Source: Lachnospiraceae bacterium
GTDB taxonomy: Bacteria; Bacillota; Clostridia; Lachnospirales; Lachnospiraceae
Length of the DNA stretch: 58,720 nucleotides
Direction: 5' to 3'
Assembly (NCBI GenBank): GCA_017455005.1
Contig: JAFTBX010000034.1
Location: 1 to 58,720 of the forward strand
The notes under the pieces are model-generated. The model was not told the origin of the DNA. It made no database searches and saw nothing but the letters and a program-made list of their open reading frames with translations. This document shows positions 56,834 through 58,720 of this stretch, piece after piece. The number at the start of each line of letters is the position of its first letter. Positions within the stretch are counted from its first letter, which is position 1. The position numbers and the translations under genes are program-made.

Positions 56834-57038
56834 TATACATTGACAAAAGCATAGATTGAACATATAATTAACGGTGTAAGAGGAGCACTGCAACAAGCGG
56901 TTGACCTCGCTAATGGTTATCCAATATTAAACAACCGTCACTTGGCCGAGTGGCGGTTGCTGCGTTTTACAGTAGCGAATGCCGGCATTTCGTGTATTGG
57001 TGCGGGCATTTGGATAGATCAAAGGGAGGTACATCACT

Positions 57039-58238
57039 TTGAAATACAGAGAACTTGGCAGCACCGGCATCAAGGTAAGCGAGATCGGCATGGGGTGTGA
57101 GGGCTTCCTCACGACGGACGCTGCGGGATATGTGGCGTACGTGGATCTCATGGAAGAGCTCGGGATCAACTGCATTGACATGTATACGCCCAATCCGGAG
57201 TTCCGTACGAACCTCGGCGCGGCGCTCAAAGGCCGCCGGGAGAAGTTTGTCCTGCAGGGGCATATCTGTTCCGCCTGGAAGGACGGGCAGTACTTAAGGA
57301 CGAGGAACTTAGAGGAGGCGAAGGCTGCGTTTCAGGACCAGCTCGACCGCCTGCAGACAGACTACCTCGATATCGGCATGATCCATTACTGTGACGCGCT
57401 TTCCGACTGGGAGGAGATAAAGAAAAACGGAATCGTTGACTATGCGAAGGAACTGAAGGCAAAAGGCATCATCCGCGCAGTAGGCCTTTCGAGCCATAAT
57501 CCGCAGGTGGGCCTGGCGGCAGTTCGTGAAGGCGCGATCGACGTACTGATGTTCAGCATCAACCCCTGCTACGACCTGCTTCCGGCAAACGAAGACGTTG
57601 AGGAGCTTTGGAACGAGAAAAACTATGAAGGAGACCTCCTCAACATGGACCCGGAGCGGCAGGCGCTTTATGAGCTTTGCCAGCAGAAGGGCGTCGGAAT
57701 CACGGTCATGAAGGCGTTCGGCGGAGGAGACCTTCTGAATGCGGAACTGAGCCCCGCAGGTGTGGCGCTTACCGCGAATCAGTGCCTGCACTATGCATTG
57801 ACCCGTCCCGGCGTGGCTTCGGTCATGGCAGGCGGACGCACGCTTGACGATGTGAGAAGGGCTGCCGCGTATGAGGACGCAACGGAAGAGGAGAAGGACT
57901 ACGCACCGGCCTTTGCCGCAATGCCTAAGATCAGCTGGCAGGGTCACTGCATGTACTGCAGCCACTGCGCGCCATGTCCCATGGGGATCAGCGTCGCGGA
58001 TGTGACGAAGTTCCTCAATCTGGCAGTGGCGCAGGGTGCTGCTGTCAATGCTGACAGTGCCGACGGAACGCTCAAGGTGAACCGCGACCTTATCCCGGAG
58101 ACCGTGAGAGAGCACTATAAGGTACTTCCGCATCATGCGGGAGAGTGTATCGGCTGCGGCAGCTGCGAGAGCCGCTGTCCGTTCGGCGTCGGCATCATTG
58201 ACAACATGAAAAAGGCTGCCGAGGTCTTCGGGTATTAA
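57039..58238 (+). CDS. Aldo/keto reductase with C-terminal 4Fe-4S ferredoxin-type domain
   Basis: AKR N-terminus MKYRELGSTGIKVSEIGMG. C-terminal CMYCSHCAPCP and CIGCGSCESRCP motifs. TTG start after AGGGAGG. Confidence 0.82.
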   Translation: MKYRELGSTGIKVSEIGMGCEGFLTTDAAGYVAYVDLMEELGINCIDMYTPNPEFRTNLGAALKGRREKFVLQGHICSAWKDGQYLRTRNLEEAKAAFQDQLDRLQTDYLDIGMIHYCDALSDWEEIKKNGIVDYAKELKAKGIIRAVGLSSHNPQVGLAAVREGAIDVLMFSINPCYDLLPANEDVEELWNEKNYEGDLLNMDPERQALYELCQQKGVGITVMKAFGGGDLLNAELSPAGVALTANQCLHYALTRPGVASVMAGGRTLDDVRRAAAYEDATEEEKDYAPAFAAMPKISWQGHCMYCSHCAPCPMGISVADVTKFLNLAVAQGAAVNADSADGTLKVNRDLIPETVREHYKVLPHHAGECIGCGSCESRCPFGVGIIDNMKKAAEVFGY

Positions 58239-58269
58239 GTTTCGGTCAACGGGCAGAAGGGAACATAAG

Positions 58270-58720
58270 ATGAAGAAACACATCATCCTGTGCGGGCGCC
58301 GGCACGTCGGTAAGACAACGATAATAAACCGTCTGATGCAGGAACTGACGATTCCGGTCTACGGTTATCAGACGAGCACGACCGTGACGGATGAGGATGG
58401 GACACATCACATCTATATGTATCCTGCGGGGCACGTAGGTGGGCAGATGTCCGATGCCAATCACGTAGGCGACTGCAGGATGAAAGTCCTGAATCTGAAC
58501 CGGGACGCATTTGAGACTCTGGGTGTGAAATTCATCAAGCGGGCAAGGCCGGGCGGCGTCATTGTGATGGACGAGATCGGCTTTATGGAGATCGGCGCGG
58601 AGCATTTCTGCGACGCGGTCCTAAAGGCACTTGACGGAGACATCCCGGTGCTCGCGACCGTGAAGGACACGGAGCTTGGCGCGGAGTTTCTGGATAAGGT
58701 CCGGAAGCATCCGAACGCGG
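58270..58720 (+). CDS. P-loop NTPase (THEP1/NTPase_1-like), 3' end cut by window edge
   Basis: Open frame from ATG 58270 to the window end (absent from the ORF track because it has no stop). Walker A GRRHVGKTT and Walker B-like VIVMDEIG. Confidence 0.6.
   Translation, partial: MKKHIILCGRRHVGKTTIINRLMQELTIPVYGYQTSTTVTDEDGTHHIYMYPAGHVGGQMSDANHVGDCRMKVLNLNRDAFETLGVKFIKRARPGGVIVMDEIGFMEIGAEHFCDAVLKALDGDIPVLATVKDTELGAEFLDKVRKHPNA

Noticed and set aside
56834-57038. Possible riboswitch upstream of the aldo-keto reductase (hairpin CAACCGTCAC-N8-GTGGCGGTTG, AATGCC/GGCATT palindromes)
   Set aside because: The hairpins are present, but I cannot match any known riboswitch core and the promoter assignment is weak. 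Left unannotated pending an Rfam scan.

Overview
This window is a chromosomal segment from a moderately GC-rich, Clostridia-like Firmicute. The evidence for that placement is Gram-positive SD sites, lipobox lipoproteins, a SAM-I riboswitch, and the Rel / HemZ / PFOR / GlnRS gene content. I saw no mobile elements, rRNA or CRISPR. Gene order, left to right:
- A 5'-truncated aminopeptidase P, two small genes, and a stand-alone tRNA-Thr(GGU).
- DUF1805, acylphosphatase and YgjP-like genes.
- An oppBCDFA-type peptide ABC operon.
- yegP, trmO (minus strand), rlmB, glnS and relA.
- A 316-nt spacer carrying four inverted-repeat units, then a hemZ-like radical-SAM gene.
- Pyruvate:ferredoxin oxidoreductase (nifJ).
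- A minus-strand GntR(YtrA)-ABC ATPase-giant permease operon.
- A ~13.5-kb single-orientation block, hypFCDE + mbhKL + hypA + mbhABCDEFGH + mbhM, J, N. This is a Mrp-linked group-4 membrane-bound [NiFe]-hydrogenase with its maturation genes.
- A 740-nt structured leader containing a strikingly Met-rich 22-codon ORF and two intrinsic terminators. It precedes an orphan metQ-like gene, an FAD-linked 2-hydroxyacid oxidase-like gene, a YbdL-type aminotransferase and a divergent LDH-family dehydrogenase.
- A MacB-type ABC/FtsX/HlyD efflux set and a zinc-ribbon membrane protein.
- SAM-I riboswitch + metK.
- An orphan BMP lipoprotein, an aldo-keto reductase with an Fe-S tail, and a 3'-truncated P-loop NTPase.
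The items most worth follow-up are:
- the Met-codon-rich leader ORF and the putative methionine-analogue salvage cluster it precedes;
- the atypically organised Mbh hydrogenase (embedded hypA, no hypB, extended MbhH, six-cluster MbhN);
- the regular GTAGATGCA-N21-TGCATCTAC array.
All functional calls come from motif and family recognition by eye. No database search was run.
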